From Malacoraja senta (taxonomy: Eukaryota), in the NCBI GenBank assembly GCA_038087875.1, contig CM075988.1, forward strand, positions 25,608,001-25,672,000: 64,000 nt of DNA. The letters run 5' to 3'. Below, piece after piece: positions 12,150 to 24,859 of the stretch (within the stretch, counting starts at the first letter, position 1; each line of letters begins with the position of its first letter). The translations under genes were made by a program, and so were the position numbers. Under the pieces are notes generated by a model, which had not been told where the DNA came from, ran no database searches, and worked only from the letters and a program-made list of their open reading frames with translations.

Positions 12150-12470
12150 ACATGGGATGTGGAGAGGATGTTCCCACCAGTTGGGGAGTCTAGGACCAGA
12201 GGTCACAGCCTCAAAGGAAGGAGATGAGGAGGAATTTCTTTAGTCAGAAGTTGGTGAATCTGTGGAATTCTTTGCCACCGACAGCTGTGGAGGCCAAGTC
12301 AGTGGATATTTTTAAGGCAGAGATAGATAGATTTTTGATTAGTACGGGTATCAGGGGTTACGGGGAGAAGGCAGGAGAATGGGGTTAGGAGGGAGAGATG
12401 GATCAGCCATGATTGAATAGTGGAGTAGACGATGGGCCGAATGGCCTAATTCTACTCCTATCACTTGATC
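12150..12470 (+). mobile_element. CR1 LINE 3' end (second subfamily)
   Basis: tctaggaccagaggtcacagcctca...gtgaatctgtggaattc...gggccgaatggcctaattct. Confidence 0.8.
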
Positions 12471-12949
12471 ATATATGCTGGAGTAACTCAAGTGGGTCAG
12501 GCATCATCTCTGGTGAACATGGGTAGGTGACGTTTCATGGGACTTCATGGGAGTAGACTTCATGGGACCAATGACCTAATGTCACTTATGTGACCTTATG
12601 ACCTTATGGACACCAAAGGTTGTCGTGCTTTGGCAGAAAGTTCACATTTAGCAGAATTTCCCAGTGGCTTTGGTGAAAGTCCGTCACCACATTGTGTTAG
12701 TGAGTAGCTACAAATGAATGGAGGGTATCTCCCCAATGAAAATTCCCACAACAATTCCACGCCTGAGTTCAAGGCTTGTGATGATGCAATTAAGCAGTGA
12801 AACATAGTGAAGATTTATATTGACGAGTCCAAGCTTTCTGAGTCATTTTCCATTGGTGATGTCACATTTTATTCCTCTCCATTTAGTCTCCAAGGCAGCA
12901 AAGAACATTCTCCTCCCTCTCCCCACAGACTGTTAAAATATTGATATCA

Positions 12950-13240
12950 TAAAACATAGCAGCAGAATTTGGCCATTCAGCCCATCATGTCTGCTCCGCC
13001 ATTCGATCGTGGCTGATCTACATTCCCCTCTCAGCTTCCTTCTCTTGCCTCTTCCTTGTAACCCCTGACTCCCTTAATAATCACGAACGTATAATTCATC
13101 GCTTTAAAATTTCCCAATGGATTCCACAGACTCACCGCCCTCTGGCTAAAGAAATTCCTCCTCATCCCCATTCTAATGGTACATCCTTTTATTCTGAGGC
13201 TGAGTCCTCTGGTCCTAGACCCTCCCACTACTGAAAATGC
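12950..13240 (-). mobile_element. CR1 LINE 3' end
   Basis: SRTRGLSLRIKG...RNFFSQRAVSLWN in ORF 13031-13303. Confidence 0.8.
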
Positions 13241-13404
13241 CCTGATGGTTATGAAATGAAATGATGGATTAGAATTGGTAGGCCAATCAGACCAGAACTC
13301 CATGAGGTGAGATTGTTAGGTTTGTATTCACTGGAATAAGTTCACGAGGTGATTTCGTTGAAGTTTTTAAGAAATAAAGGGAACTGATATGGTCAATAAA
13401 GAGA

Positions 13405-13631
13405 TTTGTTTAAGAAGGAACTGCAGATGCTGGAAAATCGAAGGTAGACAAAAATGCTGGAGAAACTCAGCGGGTGCAGCAGCATCTATGGAGTGAAGGA
13501 AATAGGCAACGTTTCGGGCTGAAACCCTACATCAGTCTGAAGAAGGGTTTCGGTTCGAAACGTAACCTATTTCCTTCGCTCCATAGATGCTGCTGCACCC
13601 GCTGAGTTTCTCCAGCATTTTTGTCTACCTC
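13405..13631. mobile_element. Palindromic Penelope-derived pLTR pair (family A) with 15-bp TSD
   Basis: TSD tggtcaataaagaga at 13390-13404 and 13632-13646. Confidence 0.85.
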
Positions 13632-14682
13632 TGGTCAATAAAGAGAGATTGGTCTGAAGGGCAGAATCTTAAAGCAGGGGTGGGGAACCTTCTAGGCCAT
13701 TAAGTGCGGCATTTTGAATGAATCTACATTTTGTGGAACAAATCCTTTTATTTTTATTAATATGTTTTTGTTCGTATTTTATTATTTTTATACTAATCTT
13801 AAAATGAACGTATTTAAAATACCAAAGAGTAAAAGAAGATTCAATGAAATAATCCTCCCCACACGAAAAATGCTTTCTTGCTTTTCAACCACTTATTGCT
13901 GCGAATCTACATTCTCCTAACTAACCCAAATCAAGGTCACAAATGACGGATCCCCATCTGGACGATCAGCTGAAACTGCGTACCTCCATGTTGCAACCAA
14001 ATATTCAAATGCTTTCCCACAAAAAGCAGTCACGACAAAGTCATTAAACGTTTAGTTAACTTTAGAATGAACAATTTTTTTTCATTTTCTTGAAGTTAGA
14101 TTTTTACAAAATAATGTACATTTTGAAGTATGTCTAATTGAAGATTCTTGGATGCGGCCTTATTAGATTACAGCTAACTTAATGCGGCATTCCAACGTGA
14201 AAAGGTTCCCCACCCCCAGGGCTGCCAACTCTCACGCTTTCAGCGTGAAAATCACGCCTTGGAGCAAATTCTCACGCCCTCACGCTCATGACCGAGTTCT
14301 CACGCTGAGTTCGCCGCCGGGTGTCAGCAGCTCTCTGTGCCGGCTGTGAGCGCTGCGCTGCCGGCCGCCGCTGCAGCCTCGCTCCCTCCCTCCCTCCCTC
14401 CCTCCTGCCCTTCAACTCACACGGCAGCGCCAGCGCCAGCGCCGCCAATCCACGCTGCACCGTGCCCGCCAGACTCCCCATTGGGCGGCCGGGGAGAGAG
14501 AGGGAGGGGGGAAAGAGAGAGAGAGAGAGAAAGAAAAAAAGGATGGAGGCAAAGCGAGACAAGGGGAGGGAATGTAGAAAGGGGATGAAGGAAGGAAAGG
14601 AGAAAGTGGAGAAAGAGGGAGGGGGAGGAAAGAGGGAAGGATGGGGGCAGGAAGCAGTGGATGGAGGGAGGGGAAAGAAAAG

Positions 14683-14891
14683 GTGTGTGTGTGCTTGTGT
14701 GTCTGTCTCCCTGTGTGTGTATGTGTGCCTCCCTGTGTGTGTGTGTCTCCTTGTGTGTGTGTGTCTCCCTGTGTGTGTGTGTGTGTCTTCCTGTGTTTGT
14801 GTGTCTCCCTGTGTGTGTGTGTCTCCCTGTGTGTGTGTGTGTGTCTCTGTGTGTGTGTGTGTGTCTCCCAGTGTGTGTGTTTGTCTGTCTC

Positions 14892-14967
<76 letters not shown>

Positions 14968-14987
14968 TTCCTTTGTGTATGTGTCTC

Positions 14988-15033
<46 letters not shown>

Positions 15034-15115
15034 TTCCTTTGTGTATGTGTCTCCCTGTGTGTGTGTGTGTGTGTGTGTGTGTCTTCCTTTGTGTGTGTGT
15101 CTCCCTGTGTGTCTG
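14683..15115. repeat. Compound (TG)n / gtctccct minisatellite
   Basis: TG runs punctuated by tctccc / tcttcc. Confidence 0.95.
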
Positions 15116-16690
15116 TTGTCACATCCTAGCCTTAGACAGGGCTCCCAACTCTCACACTTTGAGCGTGAGAGTCACGCATTTCAGCCAATGCTCACGCTGA
15201 TGACAGAATTCTCACGCTGTCTTCAGTCCCTGCACAGTTTGTCTCTTTTGCGCCACATCACAGCGATCTGTGCAGTCTGGGGAAGCGCGTCAGTTGGCGG
15301 CTGTGAGTGACATCGCATATCTTCTCTTCTCTTCTGTCTTGGTTGGATGTGCAGCTGCCGACAACATGAAGCAGCCGGAGATAGAACTAACCAGGTGAAT
15401 TGGTTGTAAAACATGGGGGGGGGGGGGGGGGACCACAATGAGGCCAAACATCTAGGACAGGGTTCGGCAACCTACGGCACACGGGCCGAATCCGGCCCGT
15501 AACCCGACAAAACGCGTTTTGTTTTTCAATTTATTTTCACGGGGTCGGGGCAGGCAAGCCGACCTGAGAACTGCAGCCAGTCCCTGGGACACGAGCTGAT
15601 CTGGGAACGGCAGCCAGTCCCTGGGCACGCAGAATGCCAACTTGATCATTATGGGCAAATTGGGCCAGCCATGTACATGTTGTATAACTCTGACTCTATG
15701 CAGATCTGAATGGGCTTAGAATGACCTTTTAAGCAAAATTGCCCTCACTTTCCCCATTTTGATTCTTGAGATTAATATCCCTTTGCTCTGTTAACAGCGT
15801 TAAAGTACTTATGAGGTAGAGTCAGGAAAGGGAACGTGTTATTTTCTTTTAGTTTGCTTTAATTTGTTAGTTGATTTTTTGTTGACTGCCATAATTTCTG
15901 AAATGGTCTTAATATAACTTAACTGTTATAAAGCAGTAATAAGTGATTTTTGTCCAAACAATTGGAACTTGCATAAAATGTTTGCATTATTAGCAGGGCT
16001 GCCAACTCTCACGCATTGAGCATGAGACTCACGCATTTCACAAAACTCTCATGCTCTCACGCTGATCACAAAATTATATAATGACAATAGGACCTGTTTT
16101 GCTTAACAAATAGTGTAGGAAGGAATTGCAGATGCTGGTTTAAACTGAAGATAGACACTAAAAACTAGAGAAATTCAGCAGGACAGGCAGCATCTCTGGA
16201 GAGAAAGAATGGGTGATGTTTCGAGTCGAGACCTTCAGCCCGAAGAGGTTGAAAACCAGCCATAAAACACAATGACTGGACATGTGTGTTATCCAACTAA
16301 GGGCAGAAATCAGAATCATGTGTTCATCTTTATTCACGTGACACCATAATAAGTATATTACAGAAACAATAATGTAATGGGGTGGCACGGTGGCGCAGTG
16401 GATGAGTTGCTGCCTTACTACCACATGGGTTTTCTCTGGATATTCCGGTTTCTCCCATATCCGAAAGAAGTGCAGGTTTGTAGGTTAATTGGCTTCTGTA
16501 TATTGTCCCTGGCGTGATGGATGGAATTGGTGAATGATAGATTGCTGGTCGGTGTGGGCTTTGTGGGCGGAAGGGTCTGTTTCCATATATATTTTTACAT
16601 ATATATCTTAATTTCATTGAACCATATATGATTGAATATGTGGCATTATTTTCGTCTTGTTTCTATATTCAAAGGGTAAGGTTGAAACCG

Positions 16691-16820
16691 TCAGAAGAAG
16701 GGTTTCGGCCCGAAACGTTGCCTATTTCCTTCGCTCCATAGATGCTGCTGCACCCGCTGAGTTTCTCCAGCAATTTTGTCTACCTTCGATTCTCCAGCAT
16801 CTGTAGTTCCTTCTTGAACA
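16691..16820 (+). mobile_element. Penelope-like pLTR (family A) with 3' tail
   Basis: gaagaagggtttcggcccgaaacgttgcc...gtctaccttcgattctccagcatctgtagttccttctt. Confidence 0.8.
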
Positions 16821-17404
16821 AGGTTGATTGATTTATTTGTGCAGAACAGTGATGGAAGTCCGACTTTTGCTTTTTTTCTGCGTTTTTCTCTATATATATA
16901 CATAACAGCATGAATATAATCTGATTTCCATATATGAATACAGTCATTCATGTGCTGCACCTGTTGATCAGAGCCTGGCTCTATTGTGGAATGTAATTAG
17001 GAATGAAATTTAGCCTAACCTTATTCATACGTAATCCAATTTAAAGCATAAATGTTGCATTCAAATGCAAGTTAAAAGATTCGCTACAGTATGCACCAGA
17101 TTGCACAATTTCAAGCTGAAAAATGCAAAAGCTCCCTACCGTGGGAGGGGGAACACTCCCCTCCCACCCCCTCCCCCCTCCCCACCCCCACCCCCGGTCG
17201 CTACGCTCCCTCGTAATTTCTCACACTCAACTCTCACCCAATGTTGGCAGCCCTGCCCACCCCTGTCTTAAAGTAAGATTGCCTTTCAGGAGTTCTTAGA
17301 TTCCGGCTGGTGTAGAAATGTGGAGTTCTCGAAACCGCAATTGATGTCTTGTTAATTTAATGGGGTATTTGGTAGATTTTGATGGAATTGATTGAAAGTA
17401 TTTA

Positions 17405-17710
17405 TAGTTTCGAGGCACAGCATGGAAACAGGCCTTTGTCCCAAGAAGACTTTGTCGACTATCGATCACACACCCACACTCGTTCTGTCACACCATTTTC
17501 TCATCCACTCCCTACACTTTAGGGGCAATTTTCAGAGGGTCAATTAACCTCCAAGCCCTCACATCTGTGGAATGTGGGAGGAAACCGGAGCACCCGGAGG
17601 AAACCCAATCGGTCACAGGGAGAACGTGCAAACTCCACAACGGCAACACCCGCGGTCAGGATCTCTGGCGCTGTGAGGAAGCAACCTCTACCAGCTGTGC
17701 CACGGTGCTG
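17405..17710 (-). mobile_element. HE1-related SINE (older)
   Basis: Reverse complement cagcaccgtggcacagctggtagaggttgct... Confidence 0.75.
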
Positions 17711-18094
17711 CAACCAAAGATATTACGGGCTGTGGGGAAAGGTGGGTGCGTGGAATCAGGGTGCAGACGAAACTCAATCTAACTGAGTGGCACATCAGGC
17801 TGATAGGGCTACATGACACTACTTCTGTTTCTACATTCCTATGAAACTTTACCACGCGTGGAAAAGACTGACTCTTCCATGCCTCTCGAAGAGCAGGTGA
17901 CCTCGCTTGAAATTCTTCCCATGCAGTTTTCTTCCTGCGATGAGCTACTCCGGATCGAGGTCGACAGACGTCGGCCCAAATCCCAGTCAGTCACTTTGAG
18001 GAATAAGGAACATCTCTGCCTGTCAGTATCCATCCATTACTCCTTCTCGATCTGTTTTCCAGTTTTCTAATCTTTCCGATGGTAGCTTGGTTTA

Positions 18095-18602
18095 TTTTAG
18101 TTTGGAGATACAGAGTGGAAACAGGCGCTTCGGCCCACCAAGTCCGCACCAACCAGCGATCCCCACACATCAACACTATCCTACACACACTCCAGACAAT
18201 TTGCAATTTTACCAAGCCAACTAGTCTAACTAGCCAACTAGTCTGAAGAAGGGTTTCGGCCCGAAACGTTGCCTATTTCCTTCGCTCCATAGATGCTGCT
18301 GCACCCGCTGAGTTTCTCCAGCAATTTTGTCTACCTTCGATTTTCCAGCATCTGCAGTTCCTTGTTGAACATAGCCTATAAACCTGTACGTCTTTGGAGT
18401 GTGGGAGGCGGTGCTGGCTCGAAGGGCCGAATAGCCTACTCCTGCACCTATTGTCTATTGACACCGGAGCATCCGGAGAAAACCCACGCGGTCACAGGGA
18501 GAACATACAAACTCCGTTCAGACAGCGCCCGTAGTTAGGATAAAGCCCGGCTCCCTGACACTGAAAGGCAGCAACTCTACCGCTGCGCCACCATGCTGCC
18601 CT
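18095..18602 (-). mobile_element. HE1-type SINE with nested pLTR (18240-18370) and CR1 tail (18407-18460)
   Basis: SINE segments are collinear around the two inserts. Confidence 0.8.
18240..18274 (+). ncRNA. Minimal type-I hammerhead ribozyme core (family A, intact)
   Basis: CUGAAGA-A-GGGU(UUCG)GCCC-GAAAC-GUU; activity not shown. Confidence 0.65.
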
Positions 18603-19057
18603 GCCCGCACACACAGTTGCTCTTCCTCATGGGGATGGCTCTGTCCACGCTGCCCTGGACTGAAGATTGACCCTGTTCGCAGCCGGAGAATGCAGTTCAA
18701 TTGTTGCAACCCTGTTCCCCTTTTGTGACGGGATCTTGGCCAAGAGCAACGTGATACAGATGTTGGAGGAGGCAGCTGAGACTCGCTAACTGGGCCAACA
18801 CTGCAAGAATGGGGAGTTGTACTTTGTTACCAGGGCAGCAAGTGGCACAGCTAGTAGAACCACTGCCCCAAAACACCAGAGACCCCGGTTCAATCCTGAC
18901 CGTGGGTGCTGTCTGTGGGAATATTGCACGTTCTACCTGTGACCATACAGGGTTTCTCTGGGTGCTCTAAGTTTCTCCCGCATCTCAATGGCTGCAGGTT
19001 GGTGGGTTAATAGACCAATATAAATTGTCCAGAGTGTGTGGGTGAATGGTAGAATCT

Positions 19058-19497
19058 GGGTGGAGCTGGGCTTGTACACTCTGGAGTTTAGAAGGATGAG
19101 AGGGGATCTTATTGAAACATATAAAATTATTAAGGGTTTGGACAGGCTAAAGGAAGGAAACATGTTCCCGATGTTGGGGGAGTCCAGAACCAGGGGCCAC
19201 AGTTTAAGAATAAGGAGTAAGCCATTTAGAACGGAGATGAGGAAACACTTTTTCTCACAGAGAGTTGTGAGTCTGTGGAATTCTCTGCCTCAGAGGGCGG
19301 TGGAGGCCGGTTCTCTGGATGCTTTCAAGAGAGAGCTAGATAGGGCTCTGGAAGATAGCGGAGTTAAGGGATATGGGGAGAAGGCAGGAACGGGGTACTA
19401 ATTGGGAATGATCAGCCATGATCACAATGATTGGCGGTGCTGGCTCGAAGGGCTGAATGGCCTACTCCTGCACCTATTGTCTATTGTCTATTGTCTA
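19058..19497 (+). mobile_element. Young CR1 LINE 3' end inserted in an older HE1-like SINE (18832-19605)
   Basis: ORF ELGLYTLEFRRMRGDLIETYKI...KAGTGY; (ctattgt)n tail. Confidence 0.9.
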
Positions 19498-20199
19498 AAG
19501 TGGGGGGAGCTAAATATGGGATAAGAGTCGAGTTATTGTAAAAGGGGCGAATGATTGGTGGACTCGATGGGCCGAAGGGACTGTTTCCGTGCTGTATCTC
19601 TCTGTGACTGTCTGGCTGCAGGAAGTATTGGAACTACTTTGGGGGTGTTTGAGTACTTGGGAAGGCATCCATCCCAGCTGTTGAGTTAAGACTTGGCTCA
19701 GTCCAAATAGTGGAAGTTGCTGTGGTATTCGGTCTCCAAGAGTCCATTATGTGTGAATGGTCACTTTCCAGGAGGAAGCTGTGTCTGTTTAACTGTTTAT
19801 GTAAAATTTCATGTATTTTAATGGAGCAGTTCATTAAAATTCATTAAAAACCCAAATCTTCTTGAGTTTTACATTGAGTATTGAACAGCACAACACAGGA
19901 ATAGGCCACAGCCTCAGAATTAAAGGACGTTCTTTTAGGAAGGAGATGAGGAGAAATGAGGAGAAATAGTTTAGAGCGTGGTGAATGTGTGGAGTTTGTT
20001 GCCACAGAAGGCAGTGGAAGCCAAGTCAGTGGATATTTTTAAGGCAGAGATAGATAGATACTTGATTAGTACAGGTGTCGGAGGTCAGAAGGCAGGAGAA
20101 TGGGGTTAGGAGGGAGAGATAGATCAGCCATGATTGGACAGTGGAGTAGGTTTGTTGGGCCGAATGGCCTAATTCTGCTCCTATTCCTTATTCCTTATT

Positions 20200-20925
20200 T
20201 GGCCCAAGATGCCAATCCAAATAATCCCATCTGCCTGTGTGTGGTCTATATGCCTGCATTATCTGCCTACTCATGTGTATCTAAATGCCTCTTCAATGTT
20301 GCTGTAGTATCTGTTTCTACCACCTCCCTTGGTGGTGTTTTCCTGGCACCTGTCAAGCTCTGTGTAAAATAAAAAAAAAACCTCAAAAATCCCCTCGAAG
20401 CATCCCCTTCTCACTGTATATCTATGCCCTCAAGTATTTAACATTTCCACATTGGTAAACGATTCTGACTGTCTACTCCAGCTAATCCTCTCATTATATG
20501 ATATACTTCAGCCAGGTTGCCCCTCAGCCTCTGATGCTTCAGAAGGATTCCTCTCCATCTAGCTCATACTCTCTAGTCCAGGCAACATCCCTGTGAACAT
20601 CTGCACCCTCTTCAAAGCCTCCAAATCCATCCTGTAATGGAGCGACCAGAACTACACACAATACTCCAAACGTGACCTCTCCAAAGTTTTATACACCTGC
20701 AACATGGTTTTCCAATTTCTAAACTCATTATCCCCAACTAATAAAGGCAAGTCTACCGTATTCCTTCTCTGCCACTTTATCAACGTGTGTTTCCACGTTT
20801 GGGGAGCTGTGGACTTGCACCCCAAGATCCCTTTGTCCATCCATGCCCCAAAGGGTCCTGCCTGCCACATTTGACCTCCCAAAGTGCAACACCTCACACT
20901 ATCCTGGATTAACCTCCATCTTAAC
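20200..20925 (-). mobile_element. Old CR1 LINE fragment
   Basis: MLQVYKTLERSRLEYCV; degenerate. Confidence 0.7.
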
Positions 20926-21169
20926 ATGGAAGAGATCTTTCATTTCCGTTTCCAGCAGGGCAAACAATTTCCGTCCTCCTTGCTCATGCCCTATTATGAC
21001 ATTGAACATCTGATCAGGCTGGGCAGGAAGTCCAGAACAAAGGTACAAAAGAACTGCAGGTACTGCTTAATACATAAAAGGACACAAAATGCTGGAGTAA
21101 CTCAACGGGTCATGCAGCATCTGTGGAGAACATGGATAGGTGATGTTTTGGGTCAAAACCCTTCAGACC

Positions 21170-21684
21170 ATCGCAGTTATTAACAACTGCGAAAAAAATC
21201 ATACTCAAATTTTGGAAAAAGACAACAGTTCCCACAGCGAAGATGTGGATTACTGACATGTCCGAGACACTACATTTAGAAAACAATAGGCTTGTTTTGG
21301 CTGAAAAAGCAGATAATTTTCTCAAAACATGGTCTCCTTTCACTGAAGTTCTGCAACAACAGAATGGTTGAACACAAATTTGAAACCGATAACCGATGCT
21401 AGGGACGGGTGAGCAGGGGGTGGGGGGGGGGGGTATATCTCCATCTTTCCTTTTTCTTATATCTCTTCTTTCCTCTCACACTTCTTTGGTAGTTTAGGGG
21501 TCTTTTCTTTCCTTTCTTTTATTTTACTTCTTTTTCTTCATTCTCTCCTTTTTTCTCTTTTTATTAAAATTCAGGTTTCAATGTTATAAATGAAGCTGTA
21601 CGAAAATTGTATAACTTTCATGTCGATTGCCTTATTCTTGTACAATTGCTTCTAATAAAATAAATTCCAAAAAATGAAAAAAAT
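21170..21684 (+). mobile_element. L1-clade LINE 3' end inserted in a pLTR
   Basis: LTTAKKIILKFWKKTTVPTAKMWITDMSETLHLE...FLKTWSPF...* (stop 21369-21371) resembles the fish/amphibian L1 ORF2 C-terminus; AATAAA and A-rich tail; TSD accctt(c/g)agacc at 21158-21169 and 21685-21696. Confidence 0.8.
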
Positions 21685-21909
21685 ACCCTTGAGACCGATT
21701 GTTGGTGGGGGGGGGGGGGGGGGAGGAGAGAAGAAAGTTGGAAAAGGGGAGAGGCAGGACAAAGCTTGACATGTAATAGGTCAACATAGGCGAGGGGGGG
21801 GGGGTTTCATAATCAGAATCATACTTTATTAGCCAAGTATGTTTTGCAACATACGAAGAATTTCATTTGCCGTACAGTCATACCAATAAAAAGCAACAGC
21901 ACACACAAA

Positions 21910-22536
21910 GTTTCGGATGTTTGGAGTTTCGGAAGCTCTGGCTGCGGGCCCAGTGGACAGGAACATCGGGAGCTCCAGGTCCCTGGTGGGAGACGGCTTT
22001 TCGGAGCTCCCGCAACGGCAACTTCTCCCGCTGGAATCGCGAGGTTTGGAGGACACGGAGCGAGGCCTAACATCGCCCGGCGTCGGTTAGCGGCCACGGG
22101 ACTTACCATCGTCTGCCGGGGGCTTTAACATCGGAGCCCCAGTTCGCCTACACGCTGCAGTTGGACTGCGGGTTGGACTGCTTGAACCGCGGGGTTTGAA
22201 GGACACGGAGCCGGGGCCTGGCATCGCCCGGCGTGGCTAAATGGCCACAGGACTTACCATCGCCCGCCGGGGGCTTTAACACCGGAGCCCCAGTTCGCCT
22301 AGACGCTGCAGTTGGACTGCTGGACCGTGGGAGAAGAACAAAGGGAAGAGATAAGACTTTGCCCTCCATCACAGTGAGGAGGTGTTGGAGACTCACTGTG
22401 ATGGATGTTTATGTAAACTGTGTTAAGTGTGGGTCTTGGGTTTTTTTGTTATGTAAATAAACTGTAGTAAATGATATTTCGTTCAAGCCTAGGTTTGAAT
22501 GACAATAAATAGCATTCTAAATTCTAAATTCTAAAA
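21910..22536 (+). mobile_element. CpG-rich hairpin retroposon (Rex1-type tail) with internal tandem repeat
   Basis: Shares motifs with 38813-39544; 13-bp stem 22366-22404; tail aatgacaataaa...(ttctaaa)n. Confidence 0.75.
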
Positions 22537-22681
22537 TACAATTTAACATAAACATCCACCACAGTGGAATATAGAGCTTATTTCTCATTGAAGTAATAAA
22601 CAATTTTTCATACACAAACTGGAACGGCAGAGTTGTTTTTGACGGAAACTGTAGTATCACAGAACAATAGATTTCAGTAAA

Positions 22682-22790
22682 ATGTGTAGGAAGGAAGGGT
22701 CCGAAGCAGGGTCTTGACCCGAAACGTCACCTATTCCTTTTCTCAAGAGATGATACCCGACCCGCTGAGTTACTCCAGCATTTTGTGTCT
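22682..22790 (+). mobile_element. pLTR fragment (family B) with 18-bp TSD
   Basis: acaatagattt(c/g)agtaaa at 22664-22681 and 22791-22808. Confidence 0.75.
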
Positions 22791-23551
22791 ACAATAGATT
22801 TGAGTAAATCAATTTGAAGGATTCGAACAAAGACAGGCAAGTGTTGTTAAGGTGCCATAACACCTTTATGCAACTAAAGGGCAGTAAGGCTGATGGGCTG
22901 AATGGCCTTGTACTGTCCCTATTGCTTTCCATTGGACATTGCCGGTAAATGGAGGCATTTTTTTATCACTTAGGAAAACATGTAAATAACTTCTGACGTT
23001 GGAAATCTGAAGGTCCACAGGTCCTATCCTGAAACATTAACCGTTTCTCTTTCCGCAGATGCTGTCTGACATGCTGTGTTTTCCCAGCATCTTCTGAATT
23101 TTTTTAAATTTTGCATTAATGCAATGCGAGTGCGTTAAAGAAACAATTAATTTAATTGGATGTTAGTCAGAAATGATACAAGACTTGTTGAACCATTCTC
23201 TGTACATGGTGGCCAGAGCGATGGCTTTGCCCAGTCACGATCCAGTCAGAAACGCACGGCTTCCTCTTGGATGCAGTGCCCCAGAGGTGAACTGCAAGAT
23301 CGGATTAGTATCTGCCCATCATTCACTGACAGATGTCCAACATGATCACATGTGAAGTCAAAAGAATTCTCAACTGATTTTACAAATGAATAACTCACTG
23401 ACCACAGAGCTCTGATGTGGAATTGACTGATGCCTCATCACAGAGGATGTCAAAGAACACTGCTTGGTTTCATAAAATGGCTTCTACTAATAAGCTCGTG
23501 ATTGGGTCAGCGAAGATAGGTTCAAATGTAAAATCAACAAGATTGACAATG

Positions 23552-23677
23552 GAGAAACTGCAGATGCTGGTTTACAAAAAAAAAAAAAATGCTGGAGTAA
23601 CTCAGTGGGTCAGGCCAAGAAGTATCTCTGGAGAACATGGATAGGTGACGTTTCGAGTTGGAACCCTTCTTCAGACT
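23552..23677 (-). mobile_element. pLTR fragment with 11-bp TSD
   Basis: gattgacaatg at 23541-23551 and 23678-23688. Confidence 0.75.
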
Positions 23678-23852
23678 GATTGACAATGTGCTTTGTGTTC
23701 CCTTCCTCCATTCGGTGGGCTGAAGGGCCTGTTTCCACGCTGCATCTTTAAATTAAACTAAAAACACTAAAACCAGAGGAAATCTAAAGAAGGGTCTCTA
23801 CCTGAAACGTCACCGAATTTCTTCTATCCAGAGATGCTGGCTGCTCCATGGA

Positions 23853-24246
23853 GTTCCCCCGCACAATTAAAGCATGGAATAGTCTTCACCCTACCATAGG
23901 TACCCAACCAGACGCAACTAAATTTAAGGTGGCTCTTTTTTCCCCAAGAACCCTTTTTTGCTTAAGTCCAAGTCAAGAGTCAAGAGAGTTTTATTGTCAT
24001 GTGTCCCAGATAGGGCAATGAAATTCTTGCTTGCTGCAGCACAACAGAATATGTAAACATAATACAGAACAGGCGATAAAAGTTCAGTGTGTCTATATAC
24101 CATAGACCATATATATACACAATAAATAAACAGATAAAGTGCAATAGACTATTATTTTTCAGAGTTTGGAGTTTGGTGGTGGAGGGTCCACCAGTTTAAA
24201 TTTCATTTGGAATATTTTTGGAGGACCTGGAAACCAAGAAGCAAGA
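23853..24246 (+). mobile_element. Divergent CR1/L2-group LINE 3' end, itself interrupted (about 23970-24165)
   Basis: FPRTIKAWNSLHPTIGTQPDATKFKVAL; ccaagaagcaaga tail; sits inside a pLTR. Confidence 0.6.
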
Positions 24247-24273
24247 GTTACTCCATAGAGTTACTCCAGCTCC

Positions 24274-24706
24274 AGGGAGTGATTCTGCATTGGTTTTCAA
24301 CGGTTGCGGCGAGGCGGTGACCGGACAGCAATGGCGGCCAGATCTCCCACAATGCAAAGGGAGGGAGAAAGTGCCCGGCGCCGACCAGTTGCTGTGGCAG
24401 TGCGCATGTGCAGGGGGGGGGGATGTGCAGGCCGTGGCAGTGCGCATGTGCAAGGTGGCCAGCCGTGCCGGCGGATGAGGAGTGGCCAGAGAGCGGAGAG
24501 TGGAGAACCGGCGGCCCGGACACGGATACGGATGGCGGGTGGAGACGGAGAGTGACAGAGAGAGTGATAGAGAGAGGAACCCGCTCACAGTTGAACGATA
24601 GGTGTCCCGGGTGCTTGCCAAGCCGGGCAAAATGGCATGGCTTTTATGTTGCCCGGCGGGACTGTCGGTGGCCATTGGCACCCGGGCAACCGTAATTTTG
24701 AGCCCT
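24274..24706. mobile_element. GC-rich hAT-type MITE fragment (one end)
   Basis: Ends cccgggcaaccgtaattttgagccctg; similar terminus at about 49029. Confidence 0.5.
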
Positions 24707-24859
24707 GATGTGGTCCCATCTAAATAATATATCAAATTGCCTATGAACTTTAACTGGAAGAAGAGTTGTGTCCAAATATGTACCGAGGTTGAATAATAAG
24801 TTTCAGTGTATTTTGGATGGAGCAAGTTTTTTTATGGCAAGGTGCTTACCCTGACACAC

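Larger units (their letters stand above)
14217..17255 (+). mobile_element. Non-autonomous hAT-type element, about 3 kb, with nested repeats
   Basis: TIR cagggctgccaac / gttggcagccctg; 8-bp TSD cccacccc (14209-14216, 17256-17263); multiple ctcacg subterminal motifs. Confidence 0.85.
13675..17265 (+). mobile_element. hAT (Charlie/SPIN-like) deletion derivative; right TIR split by a second hAT element
   Basis: TIR caggggtggggaacct / aggttccccacccc..tg; 8-bp TSD tcttaaag (13667-13674, 17266-17273); remnant RKMLSCFSTTYCCESTFS...TDPHLDDQLKL...KKQSRQSH resembles the hAT C-terminal dimerisation domain (about 13861-14047). Confidence 0.85.

Noticed and set aside
14321..15310. 329-aa ORF and overlapping ORFs
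   Set aside because: Low-complexity purine tract plus TG minisatellite inside a non-autonomous hAT element.
17813..18070. Possible exon in unique-looking DNA (ORFs on both strands)
   Set aside because: No recognisable protein motif and no convincing pair of splice sites.
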